Assembly: GCA_964639285.1 (NCBI GenBank)
Contig: CAZXCI010000001.1
Coordinates: 142,305 to 206,304 of the forward strand
Direction of reading: 5' to 3'
Length of the DNA stretch: 64,000 nt
DNA from: an uncultured Candidatus Saccharibacteria bacterium
GTDB taxonomy: Bacteria; Patescibacteriota; Minisyncoccia; Phycocordibacterales; XYD1-FULL-46-19
The notes beneath the pieces are model-generated. The model searched no databases. It had not been told where the DNA came from and saw only the letters and a list, made by a program, of their open reading frames with translations. Position 1 is the stretch's first letter, and each line of letters opens with the position of its first letter. Shown piece by piece: positions 45,738-55,751 of the stretch. Position numbers and translations under genes: made by a program.

Positions 45738-46169
45738 TTAATTGGGGAATTTAGACATACCATTGATGATAAAAAACGCATCTCCATGCCTGCCTCTTTT
45801 CGGCGTGAAGTTGGCAAGAAAATGGTAATTACTAAAGGCCTCGATGCTTGTCTCTTCGCTTATACTATCGATGGTTGGAAGAAAGTCTCGGCCGAAATCG
45901 ACAAATTGCCCATGACCCAAAGTGCCGCCCGCAGTTTCTCCCGCTTCATCTTGGGGAGCGCCTTCGAAGTGGAGCTTGATTCTATGGGCCGAGTGCTGAT
46001 CCCTGATCATCTCAAAGACTTCGCTGACCTCAAGAGTCGAGTGGTGGTGGTGGGCTTAAATGACCGCATCGAAATTTGGGAGGAGAAGAAGTGGAAGGAG
46101 AATATCGATAAGGTAGAGAAGCAGGCTGACGTGCTGGCCGAGCGTCTCAGTGAGATAGGAATGTTTTAG
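45738..46169 (+). CDS. mraZ: division/cell-wall cluster transcriptional regulator MraZ
   Basis: MLIGEFRHTIDDKKRISMP N-terminus and the duplicated MraZ domain. Confidence 0.85.
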   Translation, partial: LIGEFRHTIDDKKRISMPASFRREVGKKMVITKGLDACLFAYTIDGWKKVSAEIDKLPMTQSAARSFSRFILGSAFEVELDSMGRVLIPDHLKDFADLKSRVVVVGLNDRIEIWEEKKWKENIDKVEKQADVLAERLSEIGMF

Positions 46170-46170
46170 T

Positions 46171-47061
46171 ATGCACGAACCAGTTCTTTTACAACCAACA
46201 ATTGAGTTACTGGATATTAAGGAGGGTGAGACTGTTGTCGACGCCACCTTGGGCCTGGCTGGTCACGCGCGAGAGGTTGCTAAGCGTTTAGGTTCGGATG
46301 GGACACTGATTGGCTTTGATGCTGATGCGGGCCTGCTCGCTAAGGCGGAGAAAAATCTCCAAGACATTAAGAGCCGAAAGATTTTTATAAATACCAATTT
46401 TCGCAATATTAAGTCGGCACTAGATAAGGAGGGGATAGAGACGGTGGACAAAGCCTTGTTTGATCTCGGGTTGAATTCAGAACATTTTGACACTTCAGGA
46501 AGAGGTTTCAGTTTCCAGAAAGATGAGCTGTTGTTGATGACGCTTAATTCTAACCCTAGCGACGAAACTCTGACAGCGCGGGAGATAGTGAATACCTGGG
46601 CCGAGGAGAGTCTAGCTGACATCATCTATGGCTACGGTGAGGAGAGGTCTTCGCGACGAATTGCTCATGCGATTGTCGAAGCGAGAAAAATTAAGCCAAT
46701 CGAGACAACTTTTGATCTGGTCGAGGTTATCAAGGGGGCAATGCCTAAGAATAGACTATATGGGAAGATTCATTTTGCCACCAAAACTTTTCAAGCTCTA
46801 AGAATTACCGTTAATGATGAGATCGGTGCCCTAAAGGAGGGGTTAGCCGGTACCTGGCAAAAATTAAGCCGTGGGGGGAGGGTGGCTGCCATTTCCTTCC
46901 ACAGCTTAGAGGCCAGAGTTGTCAAGAATTTTTTTAAAGAAAAAGTCAGCCAAGGTGAGGGTCGTTTAGTTATCAAAAAGGCATTGGCTCCAGATCGCGC
47001 CGAAGAAATGTCTAATCCTCGTTCGCGGAGTGCTCAATTGCGGGTAATCGAAAAAATATAA
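46171..47061 (+). CDS. rsmH: 16S rRNA (cytosine1402-N4)-methyltransferase RsmH (MraW)
   Basis: HEPVLLQ N-terminus, SAM-binding DATLGLAGH. Confidence 0.9.
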   Translation: MHEPVLLQPTIELLDIKEGETVVDATLGLAGHAREVAKRLGSDGTLIGFDADAGLLAKAEKNLQDIKSRKIFINTNFRNIKSALDKEGIETVDKALFDLGLNSEHFDTSGRGFSFQKDELLLMTLNSNPSDETLTAREIVNTWAEESLADIIYGYGEERSSRRIAHAIVEARKIKPIETTFDLVEVIKGAMPKNRLYGKIHFATKTFQALRITVNDEIGALKEGLAGTWQKLSRGGRVAAISFHSLEARVVKNFFKEKVSQGEGRLVIKKALAPDRAEEMSNPRSRSAQLRVIEKI

Positions 47062-47345
47062 TGTTGGGAAGAAAATTAAAATTGATAATTATCGTCATGA
47101 TCCTCGTCTTAGCCGGGACCTATGTCTATTTGGTTAAGAGCTCCGTTTTCTCGGTGGCTGAACGAAACGATAATGAGGAAAAAATTTCTCAACTTGAAGC
47201 AGACGTCTCAACCTTAGAAGCAGACTATATGACACGGTCTAATAATGTTACACTAGAGTTGGCCCGATCACTTGGTTTTCTTGACGCTACCGGTAAGGCC
47301 GGCTTCGCGCTTAAGAATCGCCCGGTGGGAATGGCTAATAATTAG
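47061..47345 (+). CDS. ftsL: cell division protein FtsL-like (TM plus coiled coil)
   Basis: position between rsmH and ftsI; single TM followed by a heptad-like region. Confidence 0.5.
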   Translation: MLGRKLKLIIIVMILVLAGTYVYLVKSSVFSVAERNDNEEKISQLEADVSTLEADYMTRSNNVTLELARSLGFLDATGKAGFALKNRPVGMANN

Positions 47346-49063
47346 TGATGAAGACAAGTGTTTCGAGAATTAGGTTTTTGGGCTTGGCCACTTTCGCGGT
47401 GGCTATTTTGTTTGTCATTCGACTTTTTTTTATTCAGGTAGTGCAAGCTGATTACTATTCTGGCTTGGCTGATCGTCAATATCTCCGGCCAAGTGTTGGA
47501 GCCTTCGACCGGGGGAGCATCTTTGCGTTGAAGCGAGACGGGACAATTTTTTCTCTGGCTGGTTTGCGGACAGCCTATATCGTGGCGATTGCCCCTAAAC
47601 AATTAATTGCCAACGGCGTCAAAGCCGAAGAGCTCTACGAGAAATTAAACAAGATTGTGCCAGTTGATAAAGAATCCTTCATGAAGTCGATGGCTAAGGC
47701 AGAAGACCCTTATGAAGAAGTGGCGACAAAAGTTGACCAAGCGACAGCTGACAAGATTAAACAGCTTAACATTAAGGGCGTTAATTTATATAAGCAAAAG
47801 CTCCGATCTTATCCCTTAGGTTCGACGGCCGCTCATGCTATTGGTTTGCTTGGTTATAAGGGTGATGACCTGGCCGGACGTTATGGCCTAGAGCGTTCTT
47901 ATGATGAAATTTTGTCACGCAAAGGAGAGACCACTTTTGCCAATTTTTTTGTGGAGCTTTTCTCGGGTTTAGGGAAAAGCTTGACGAATGATAAAGATAA
48001 TAATCAGGGCGACATTACTACTACCATTGAACCAATTACTCAAAAATTATTGGAAAAAGAATTATCAACGGTTAAGGAGAGATGGCAGGCCGATAGTGCG
48101 GGAGGGATTATCCTTGACCCTAAGACTGGTGAAATTTTTGCGTTGTCGGCCTTCCCCAATTTTGATCCCGGACAGAAACAAACTGATCTTGCTGTTCTAT
48201 CTAATCCTTTGGTTGAAAAAGTTTATGAGATGGGCTCGATTGTCAAACCTTTAACCATGGCGGCGGCCCTAGATGCCGGTGTGGTGACGGAGACAACAAC
48301 TTATGAGGACAAGGGTTGTATAACTTTGAACAAAAAAGAAATTTGTAATTATGATGGTAAGGCTCGCGGAGTGGTGCCGATGCAAGAAATTCTCAGTCAA
48401 TCTCTAAACTTAGGAGCAACCTTTGTTCAGCAGAAATTGGGGCCAGAGCGCTTCCGTGATTACTTTACTGCTTTTGGCCTAGGAGAGCCGACGGGGATAG
48501 ATCTACCGAGCGAAGGTTCGGGTTTGATTAAAAACTTGAAGAGCTCTTATCCGGTAGACTTGGCCAATATCTCCTTCGGGCAGGGGATTGCGATGACCCC
48601 GATTGAGATGACGCGAGCCTTATGCGTGCTTGGTAATGGTGGCTATCTCATTGAGCCTCACTTGGTGAAGAAGATTGATTATCAGAACAAATTATCACGG
48701 GTGATTGAACCTAAGATCGGAGCCCAGGTTATTAAGAAAGAAACAAGCGAGCGTATCACTCGAATGTTAGTGGCGGTGGTTGACAAGAAACTAGCTAATG
48801 GCAAAGCTAAGATGGAGAACTACTCGATTGCCGCTAAGACAGGTACAGCCCAGATTTCTAATCCGGCGACGGGCAAGTATTATCCTGACCGCTACCTTCA
48901 TTCCTTCTTCGGCTATTTCCCGGCTTATGAACCACGTTTTCTCGTTTTCATGTATATAGTGTATCCTAAGGGAGTGCGCTATTCCTCCGAGACCTTGACT
49001 GAGCCCTTTATCAATATTTCCCGATCTTTGTTAAACTATTATCAAGTCCCACCAGATAGATAA
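47345..49063 (+). CDS. ftsI: penicillin-binding protein (FtsI/PBP3-type transpeptidase)
   Basis: SxxK (GSIVKP), SxN (SQSLN), KTG (KTGTAQ). Confidence 0.85.
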   Translation: MMKTSVSRIRFLGLATFAVAILFVIRLFFIQVVQADYYSGLADRQYLRPSVGAFDRGSIFALKRDGTIFSLAGLRTAYIVAIAPKQLIANGVKAEELYEKLNKIVPVDKESFMKSMAKAEDPYEEVATKVDQATADKIKQLNIKGVNLYKQKLRSYPLGSTAAHAIGLLGYKGDDLAGRYGLERSYDEILSRKGETTFANFFVELFSGLGKSLTNDKDNNQGDITTTIEPITQKLLEKELSTVKERWQADSAGGIILDPKTGEIFALSAFPNFDPGQKQTDLAVLSNPLVEKVYEMGSIVKPLTMAAALDAGVVTETTTYEDKGCITLNKKEICNYDGKARGVVPMQEILSQSLNLGATFVQQKLGPERFRDYFTAFGLGEPTGIDLPSEGSGLIKNLKSSYPVDLANISFGQGIAMTPIEMTRALCVLGNGGYLIEPHLVKKIDYQNKLSRVIEPKIGAQVIKKETSERITRMLVAVVDKKLANGKAKMENYSIAAKTGTAQISNPATGKYYPDRYLHSFFGYFPAYEPRFLVFMYIVYPKGVRYSSETLTEPFINISRSLLNYYQVPPDR

Positions 49064-49066
49064 AAC

Positions 49067-50371
49067 ATGAAAAGAGTTATCAAATTAATCATCTCCACCA
49101 TTCTCCAATTTGAGGCGCGTTTGGTCCTTAAGAAATATAAGCCTAAGATTATCGGGATTACTGGTAGTGTGGGGAAGACCTCGACCAAAGATGCCATTGC
49201 CTCTGTCCTCGGCAAGAGCTTGTCGGTGCGAGCGAGTGAGAAGAGTTACAACAGTGAGGATTTTGGCATTGCCTTGACAGTTCTTGGTTGTCATTCGGCT
49301 TGGAATGACCTCTTTGGTTGGGTGGAGATTATGATTTATGGTTTGGTCTTAATAATTTTCAAAAGAGATTATCCGGCTTGGCTAGTGCTTGAAGTGGGAT
49401 TAGAATATCCGGGCGAAATAAAAAAAATTCTTAAGTGGGTTAAATTTGATTTGGCGGTTATTACTCTTCTGCCCGATGTCCCGGTACACGTGGAATTTTT
49501 CAAAGATAAAGAAGAGGTCATTAATGAGAAAATGCTTCTAGCTAAGTCGGTACCGGCTAGTGGTCAGGTTTTCTTAAATGCTGATGATCCTAATTCTTTA
49601 AAATTTTTATCCGAAATTAAAGCCGAGGTCTCGACGCTTGGTTTTTCTTCCCAAGCCGATTATCAAGCTCTTGCTCCGGCAATTACTTATCGACTTGAGG
49701 GCGAAAACTCTGTCCCGACCGGTTTAACCTTTGAGCTCAAGCGTAATGAAAAGAATTTGGTTGTTCAGGTCGGAGGGGTTGTCGGTGAACACCAAATTTA
49801 TCCTGTTCTCACGGCTCTGGCTGTGGGAGATAAGCTTGGCCTCAAGATGATAGAGATGATTTCTTCTCTTAGCGAATATCAGCCACCAGCCGGGCGCTTA
49901 AGATTGATCACGGGGATTAAAGAAACAATGATTCTTGATGACACCTATAACGCTTCGCCTTCAGCTGTCTCAGCTGGTCTCGTCACCCTTGGTAACTTTG
50001 TGGTGACGGGACGGAAGATTGCTGTTCTTGGTGATATGCTCCAATTGGGCAAATATACTGTCGAGGCGCATAAAGCAATTGGCTATCAAGCTAAAGAGAT
50101 CTGTGACCTGGTGGTAACGGTTGGTTTGCGTTCAAAATTTATCGAAGAAGCCTTGCGGGAGAAAAAATTTGGCGAACGCAAGATGAAACATTTTGCTGAT
50201 TCGGTAGAAGCGGGGGAATATGTGCAGAAGATCATGAAAGCTGGAGATCTTATCTTTGTTAAGGGTTCGCAGGGGATGCGAATGGAGAAAGTAGTAGAAG
50301 AGATAATGGCCGAGCCAGACAAGAAAGAAAAACTCTTGGTGCGCCAGGAACGCGAGTGGCAGAAGTGTTAG
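49067..50371 (+). CDS. murF: UDP-N-acetylmuramoyl-tripeptide--D-alanyl-D-alanine ligase
   Basis: Mur-ligase P-loop GITGSVGKTSTKD and the central/C-terminal Mur ligase domains. Confidence 0.85.
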   Translation: MKRVIKLIISTILQFEARLVLKKYKPKIIGITGSVGKTSTKDAIASVLGKSLSVRASEKSYNSEDFGIALTVLGCHSAWNDLFGWVEIMIYGLVLIIFKRDYPAWLVLEVGLEYPGEIKKILKWVKFDLAVITLLPDVPVHVEFFKDKEEVINEKMLLAKSVPASGQVFLNADDPNSLKFLSEIKAEVSTLGFSSQADYQALAPAITYRLEGENSVPTGLTFELKRNEKNLVVQVGGVVGEHQIYPVLTALAVGDKLGLKMIEMISSLSEYQPPAGRLRLITGIKETMILDDTYNASPSAVSAGLVTLGNFVVTGRKIAVLGDMLQLGKYTVEAHKAIGYQAKEICDLVVTVGLRSKFIEEALREKKFGERKMKHFADSVEAGEYVQKIMKAGDLIFVKGSQGMRMEKVVEEIMAEPDKKEKLLVRQEREWQKC

Positions 50372-50410
50372 TCTCTCGAATTAAATTTTCATAAAAACAT
50401 TTAGCCCCCG

Positions 50411-50443
50411 GAACGATAAATCGTTCCGGGGGCTGGGCACAAG
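50411..50443 (+). terminator. intrinsic terminator-like hairpin after murF
   Basis: 12-bp perfect stem GCCCCCGGAACG-ATAAAT-CGTTCCGGGGGC. Confidence 0.6.
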
Positions 50444-50644
50444 GCCACTTATTAGGAGAATGCCTGTATTTTAGGGTTTTGGAATCTGTTTGCCATCTTA
50501 GCATAACCAAAATTGTTTGTCAAACCTAGAGAGCCTTATCTTAGCTAAGTTTAGCTGAGGTTACCTGTTGCTCGGAAAAGGCTTAGATGTTACTATATTT
50601 TAGTCGAGTTTAATGAATTTGGTTTATCCCCAATAAATTTTATT

Positions 50645-50719
50645 GGCCCTATCGTCTAACGGTTAGGACATCGCCTTCTCAAGGCGGTAATCAGGGTTCG
50701 ATTCCCTGTAGGGTCACCA
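50645..50719 (+). tRNA. tRNA-Glu (anticodon CTC), CCA encoded
   Basis: acceptor GGCCCUA/UAGGGUC, anticodon stem-loop UCGCC-UUCUCAA-GGCGG, T-arm CAGGG-UUCGAUU-CCCUG, 3' ACCA. Confidence 0.85.
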
Positions 50720-51318
50720 TGTTCACCACTGCGCAAGTTATCGCTTTGCTCCAGACTTATGGTTATTTGTTAATTTTCCCAATTGCTTTCGTCGAGGGGC
50801 CAATTATTGCCATCCTTTGTGGTTGGTTCTCGGCCTTAGGGATCCTCAATATTGTTGTTGCTTATGTCCTTCTCATTGTGGGCAACTTGGCAGGGGATGC
50901 TTTTTATTATTCTATTGGTTATTGGGGTGGGCCCCCTCTGATCAAAAAATGGGGGCATTGGTTAAGGCTTGATCTCGATAAGACGATGAAACTAAAGGGC
51001 CACTTTGATAATCACGGCGGTAAGATCCTTTTGTGGGCTAAGCTGGCACCAGACATGACGACAACTTTTATTTTAGCTGGAGCTGGTTTGGCTAAATATA
51101 ATTTTAAACTCTTTTTTCGCTACGGCTTGATGGTCGAGATACCGAAGACGGCTATTCTACTGACTATTGGTTATTTTGTCGGTGATGCTTATCAGAAGAT
51201 TGTGGTCTATCTCGATTACGTTGGAGCGGCCACTTCTATTCTCTTAGCTTCTGTAATTGCTTTTGGACTTTTTTATTATTGGCAAAAGAACAAGAAAAAA
51301 AATAACAGATGCATATAG
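50719..51318 (+). CDS. DedA/SNARE-associated family membrane protein
   Basis: polytopic; VEGPIIAILCGWF...GNLAGD pattern. Confidence 0.55.
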   Translation: MFTTAQVIALLQTYGYLLIFPIAFVEGPIIAILCGWFSALGILNIVVAYVLLIVGNLAGDAFYYSIGYWGGPPLIKKWGHWLRLDLDKTMKLKGHFDNHGGKILLWAKLAPDMTTTFILAGAGLAKYNFKLFFRYGLMVEIPKTAILLTIGYFVGDAYQKIVVYLDYVGAATSILLASVIAFGLFYYWQKNKKKNNRCI

Positions 51319-52514
51319 CTATTTTTTCTGATACTTTCTATCCCAATCTGGGCGGGCTTGAGGATTCTACGGCCATTCTGGCTAAAACGTTAGGTGAAGA
51401 AGGGCACCAGGTGCATCTTTGTGTCCCAAATTTCTCAGAACAAGACTTCTCTCGTCGAGGGCTACCTTTTGAGGAGATCGACCTTGGGCCCAATGTTAAG
51501 ATTTCGCGTCTTTTTGCTCTACCTCTTCCAAAGTGGCTTTTGAGTGCGCGCTTGGCGATACCAACTTTGACCGGCTATCGTCTCTTGAAGAGGGATCGGC
51601 CAGATATCATCCATACCCAAACAATTTTTAGTCTTGGCCTCGAGGCCCTCTGGGCAAGCTCTCTCCTTAAGATTCCCCTAGTCGGCACTAACCACAGTAT
51701 CATCTCAGAGTTTGGGGCTTATTTTCCTTTTGCCAAAAAAGCTTTTGTTAAATTTTTTGTCTGGTATGAAATTTGGTATTACAACCACTGCACTCTTTTC
51801 TCTGTTCCTTCTCAAGTTGCTCTCCTGGTGATGCAGAAAAATGGGATCAAGCGCGAAGGAATCTTTATTTCTAATATTATTGATACTAACAACTTTCGGC
51901 CTCAAATGTCTATTGATAAGGATAAATTGAAGGGAGAGTTTGGTTTGGCTTCTCACCCCGTTGTCTCTTTTGCCGGACGCTTTGCCATTGAGAAAAAAGT
52001 TGATATTCTCCTGCGAGCGATTCTCCTTGTCCGAGGACAGATCCCTAGAGTTGTCTTGGCTTTAGCGGGCTTTGGATCAGAACGAGACAATTGGGAGAAA
52101 TTGATTCGGGACCTTGGTTTGCAAGATAATGTGAAGTTTGTCGGTGCTCTCGATAAACCACAATTAGTCAAACTCTTCCAAGCTTCAGACGCTTTTGCTA
52201 TCGCTAGCTCGATTGAATCACAAGGGATGGTTGCTCTCCAGGCCATGGCCTGTGGTTTGCCGGTTGTTGGCGTCAATGGCCGGGCCTTGCCCGAATATGT
52301 GAATGAAGAGAATGGTTTCATCGTCCCGGTTGATGATTATCATCAGATGGCCGAAGCCTTGGTAAGGTTATTAAATAATCCGGCCCGTTCGCGTGAGCTT
52401 GGACAAGCGGGGAGAGAGAAAGTTCAGAAATATTCTAAACAAAATATCATCAAAGAATGGACAGCTCTTTATCAACAAGCGATCTCTAATTTCTCGGCGG
52501 GGGAAAATAAATAA
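51309..52514 (+). CDS. glycosyltransferase family 4 (GT-B)
   Basis: MHIAIFSDTFYPNLGGLE N-terminus; C-terminal E-x7-E region (GLPVVGVNGRALPEYV). Confidence 0.75.
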   Translation: MHIAIFSDTFYPNLGGLEDSTAILAKTLGEEGHQVHLCVPNFSEQDFSRRGLPFEEIDLGPNVKISRLFALPLPKWLLSARLAIPTLTGYRLLKRDRPDIIHTQTIFSLGLEALWASSLLKIPLVGTNHSIISEFGAYFPFAKKAFVKFFVWYEIWYYNHCTLFSVPSQVALLVMQKNGIKREGIFISNIIDTNNFRPQMSIDKDKLKGEFGLASHPVVSFAGRFAIEKKVDILLRAILLVRGQIPRVVLALAGFGSERDNWEKLIRDLGLQDNVKFVGALDKPQLVKLFQASDAFAIASSIESQGMVALQAMACGLPVVGVNGRALPEYVNEENGFIVPVDDYHQMAEALVRLLNNPARSRELGQAGREKVQKYSKQNIIKEWTALYQQAISNFSAGENK

Positions 52515-52515
52515 G

Positions 52516-53256
52516 ATGAAACTTAGCATCGTTATTCCCGCTTATAATGAGGAAAAAGGTTTAGCTATTTGTTTGCAAAAAATAGTGGATCAAGTCTTGA
52601 CTTCAGAGCGGGAAATTGAAATTATCTTGGTAAATAATGCGAGCACTGACAAGACGGGAGAAATTGCCCGGTCTTTTGATAAAGTTAAAGTTGTTGATGA
52701 AGAAAAAAAGGGACTAGTTAGAGCCCGTCAGGCCGGCTTCCTCGCTTCAACCGGCGATCTGATCGCCAACGTTGATGCTGACAGCATTATTCCTGATGGT
52801 TGGATTGAGAAGATTTTTATTGAGTTTGAGAAAAACCCTAACCTCGTCGCTCTCTCTGGCCCTTATTTTTACTATGACTTACCTCAATGGTTTAATCTCG
52901 CTTCTAAAATTTATTATTTTTTTGGTTTGGTTTTCACTTATCTTAATCTCAATTCTGCTCGCCATGGGGCGATGCTCCAAGGGGGGAATTTTATCTTGCG
53001 TCGGACGGCCTTAGAAAAGATTGGTGGTTATCGTTTCGAAAAGTTTGATTTCTATGGCGAAGAAACAGATGTGGCCATGCGAATTTGCGAAGTTGGTAAA
53101 ATTAAATTTACTTTTGCTCTCCCAATGGTCACCTCTGGTCGGCGGATGTCTGAGGAGGGGATTTTGCGAGTAGCTTGTCGCTACGCTGTAAACTTCTTCT
53201 GGACTATCTTCTTCAATCGGCCATATACTAAGCAAAACGCGGATATCAGGAAATAA
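52516..53256 (+). CDS. glycosyltransferase family 2
   Basis: MKLSIVIPAYNEE...DADS (DxD) pattern; start taken at the internal Met. Confidence 0.75.
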   Translation: MKLSIVIPAYNEEKGLAICLQKIVDQVLTSEREIEIILVNNASTDKTGEIARSFDKVKVVDEEKKGLVRARQAGFLASTGDLIANVDADSIIPDGWIEKIFIEFEKNPNLVALSGPYFYYDLPQWFNLASKIYYFFGLVFTYLNLNSARHGAMLQGGNFILRRTALEKIGGYRFEKFDFYGEETDVAMRICEVGKIKFTFALPMVTSGRRMSEEGILRVACRYAVNFFWTIFFNRPYTKQNADIRK

Positions 53257-53261
53257 AAGAC

Positions 53262-53284
53262 CCCACCTTTTTAGGGGTGGGGGG
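53262..53284 (+). terminator. terminator-like hairpin after the GT2 gene
   Basis: ACCCCACC-TTTTTA-GGGGTGGGG. Confidence 0.5.
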
Positions 53285-53330
53285 AGATAAAGACGGGTGG
53301 ATCCCAAGAGTTGTAGCTATGAACTACCAT

Positions 53331-53372
53331 GGCGACAGGGGAAGGGGAGGGGAGGAAGTGGGGGGGGAAACC
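53331..53372 (+). repeat. G-tract block with G-quadruplex potential (GGGGAAGGGGAGGGGAGGAAGTGGGGGGGG)
   Basis: four or more G-runs of at least 4 within 42 nt in an intergenic region. Confidence 0.5.
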
Positions 53373-53502
53373 TGCCACCAAGATAACAGCTCCATAACCC
53401 TTGAGTCCACCACAAAAAAATGAAAAAAACGATTTATTAGGTCTGACCCTATGCTACCAGATTTGAATTTTTTGTCAAGGGGTTGGGGGGAAGTTTGTCT
53501 TT

Positions 53503-53511
53503 TGCTATAAT
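53503..53511 (+). promoter_or_regulatory. extended -10 box TGcTATAAT, 7 nt upstream of the rmuC ATG (leaderless-type)
   Basis: read from the sequence. Confidence 0.4.
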
Positions 53512-53518
53512 AAGCGCA

Positions 53519-54580
53519 ATGAACACTATTGTTTTTGTTATTATCCCGTTGGTTGGGGGCTTTGTTCTGGCCCTCTTCGCTTTCAAATTTTTGGTTTCTA
53601 AAAAGGAGGAGGGGAAGGGGGATAATGGGGCGATGATGCTTCTTCAAAATCAGATTGAGAATCTCACCAAGGCTCTCGATAACCGCTTACATGAGTCAAC
53701 CAAACTTTCAAGTGAGAATGCTCGGGCCCAATTCAACGAATTTTCGCGCTTGTCGCGTGAGGTGACGGAGAAACTAGTACGTCTTGAAGAGACCAACAAA
53801 CAGGTCGTCAATTTTACTGATCAACTCCAATCACTACAAGATATTCTCAAGAATCCTAAGCAGAGAGGAATTGTGGGCGAATATTACCTCGAGACTTTGC
53901 TTAAGAATATTATGCCACCGGGTTCGTATCAGATGCAATATTCCTTTCCTGATGGCACAATTGTGGATGCTGTCGTCTTTGTAAAAGACAAAATAATCCC
54001 GATTGATTCTAAGTTCTCGCTCGAGAATTATAATCGAATTGTGGGAGAGAGGAATGAGGCCGAGAAAGAAAAATACGAGAAAATTTTTATAAATGACCTG
54101 AAAAACCGCATTACTGAGACGGCCAAATATGTTCAGCCTGATAAGGGGACGATGGAGTTTGCCTTCATGTTTATCCCCCACGAAGCTATTTATTATGATT
54201 TGCTAATTAATAAAATTGGGGCTCTTCAGGATGAAAATACCGAGAATTTGATTCAACGGGCCGCCTCCAAATATCACGTAATTATCGTTTCTCCGACATC
54301 TTTCTTGGCCTATCTCCAGACCGTCCTCCAGGGCCTCAAAGCCCTCCAGATCGAAGAATCGGCTAAGGAGATACGTAAGCGGGTGGAGGAGCTAGGCAAG
54401 CATATTGGGGCCTATGAGGGCTATATGGCTGATTTGGGCAAGACTCTCGGCACCAGTGTTAATAAGTATAATTTAGCTTATAAAGAGCTTAAGAAGGTAG
54501 ACAAGGATGTTCTTAGGGTTACAGGCTCTTCGGCCGGCTTTGAGCCTCAGGCTATAGAGAAGCCCAACTTGGAGGACTAG
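53519..54580 (+). CDS. rmuC: DNA recombination protein RmuC
   Basis: N-terminal TM, long coiled coil, C-terminal RmuC nuclease-like region (EFAFMFIPHEAIYYDL). Confidence 0.8.
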   Translation: MNTIVFVIIPLVGGFVLALFAFKFLVSKKEEGKGDNGAMMLLQNQIENLTKALDNRLHESTKLSSENARAQFNEFSRLSREVTEKLVRLEETNKQVVNFTDQLQSLQDILKNPKQRGIVGEYYLETLLKNIMPPGSYQMQYSFPDGTIVDAVVFVKDKIIPIDSKFSLENYNRIVGERNEAEKEKYEKIFINDLKNRITETAKYVQPDKGTMEFAFMFIPHEAIYYDLLINKIGALQDENTENLIQRAASKYHVIIVSPTSFLAYLQTVLQGLKALQIEESAKEIRKRVEELGKHIGAYEGYMADLGKTLGTSVNKYNLAYKELKKVDKDVLRVTGSSAGFEPQAIEKPNLED

Positions 54581-54629
54581 GGCAAGGAGGCCTTGATTTC
54601 CTTAATCTTTTGTGTATAATATTAGGGTT

Positions 54630-54941
54630 ATGTTTGCTATTATCGAAACAGGAGGAAAGCAGTACAAGGTCGCCGCTGGTGACTCTTTAAAGGTGGAAAA
54701 ACTGGCTGAAGCGAAGGAAAAAGGGGAGGTTGTTTTCGACAAAGTTCTCATGATCGCCGATGGCGACAAGGTCAAGGTTGGCACCCCTTATCTTGAGGGA
54801 GCGACGGTTACCGCCAAGTTTGAATTAGAGGGCCGAGCTAGGAAAATCACTATTATCAAGTACAAGGCTAAGTCCAATTACCGCGTCAAACAGGGTCATC
54901 GCCAAACTTTTACTAAAGTCAAAATTGAAAAAATCGCCTAA
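54630..54941 (+). CDS. rplU: 50S ribosomal protein L21
   Basis: [18 protein letters not shown]. Confidence 0.9.
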   Translation: MFAIIETGGKQYKVAAGDSLKVEKLAEAKEKGEVVFDKVLMIADGDKVKVGTPYLEGATVTAKFELEGRARKITIIKYKAKSNYRVKQGHRQTFTKVKIEKIA

Positions 54942-54973
54942 GGGGCGATTTTTTCAATCTGCCTGGTGGAGTT

Positions 54974-55612
54974 TTAGCTACGGTTTTTGAGGGCATTTTT
55001 GATAGTCTCGGGGTCAGCGTACTCGAGCTCGCTCCCCGTGGAAAGACCTCGGCCAAGAAGAGAAATCTTGAGGCCTGCCCCAGATGGAGTCGGGGGATTA
55101 GTTACGTTGCGTAATTTATTGATCAACCAGTCAGTGGTATGGTCACCTTCGGTAGTGGCCGAGAGAGCAATGATTACTTCTTTTAGTCCGTCTTCTTTCT
55201 GCCGTCTTTTTAGTTCCTTTAAGAGGGGAAAAAAACGAATATGGTTCTCTGGTTCGGGGTCAAGAATAGGGACATTGCCACCAAGGACAAAATAATAGCC
55301 GTTATAAATCTTGGCCCTCTCGATGGCATCGAGATCAATATCTTTCTCGACAATAAGAAGACTTGATTTGTCTCGTTGTTCATCAGCACAAATTTTGCAT
55401 TTATCAGTCTGAAGTGGATAACCATTACTGAAGAAGCGACCACAGGAGAGGCATTGCTTAATATCTTTCTTAATATTTTGAACCTTCTCCCCCAGCTGAT
55501 TGAGATAATTTTGATCAGTTGATAATAAATAATAGACAAAACGTCGGGCTTGGCGAGGACCGATACCGGGGAATTTTTTAAACAAATCAGTTAGTGAATT
55601 TATTGTTTCCAT
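54974..55612 (-). CDS. recR: recombination protein RecR
   Basis: HhH (LFKKFPGIGPRQARR), C4 zinc finger (CLSCGRF...CKIC), Toprim; start taken at METINSL. Confidence 0.9.
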   Translation of the reverse strand: METINSLTDLFKKFPGIGPRQARRFVYYLLSTDQNYLNQLGEKVQNIKKDIKQCLSCGRFFSNGYPLQTDKCKICADEQRDKSSLLIVEKDIDLDAIERAKIYNGYYFVLGGNVPILDPEPENHIRFFPLLKELKRRQKEDGLKEVIIALSATTEGDHTTDWLINKLRNVTNPPTPSGAGLKISLLGRGLSTGSELEYADPETIKNALKNRS

Positions 55613-55623
55613 TTTTGCCTTCG

Positions 55624-55710
55624 GGGCAAGAAATGTTGTTTTTAAAAAGTCCTCGGATCTCCTCACTTTGTTCGGCCAGACATTTTAAAAAAACAACATT
55701 TCTTGCCCCT
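55624..55710. repeat. composite element: perfect 21-bp inverted repeat (GGGGCAAGAAATGTTGTTTTT / AAAAACAACATTTCTTGCCCC) enclosing core B copy 2; partial third copy at 55724..55745 abutting the dnaB stop
   Basis: read from the sequence. Confidence 0.6.
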
Positions 55711-55751
55711 TCGTTAAATTTTAAAGTCCTCGGATCTCCTCACTTCTATTT

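Noticed and set aside
53324-53647. Minus-strand ORF of 107 aa
   Set aside because: The proline-rich tail is produced by reading the G-tract block antisense; it spans an intergenic region with a terminator and promoter.
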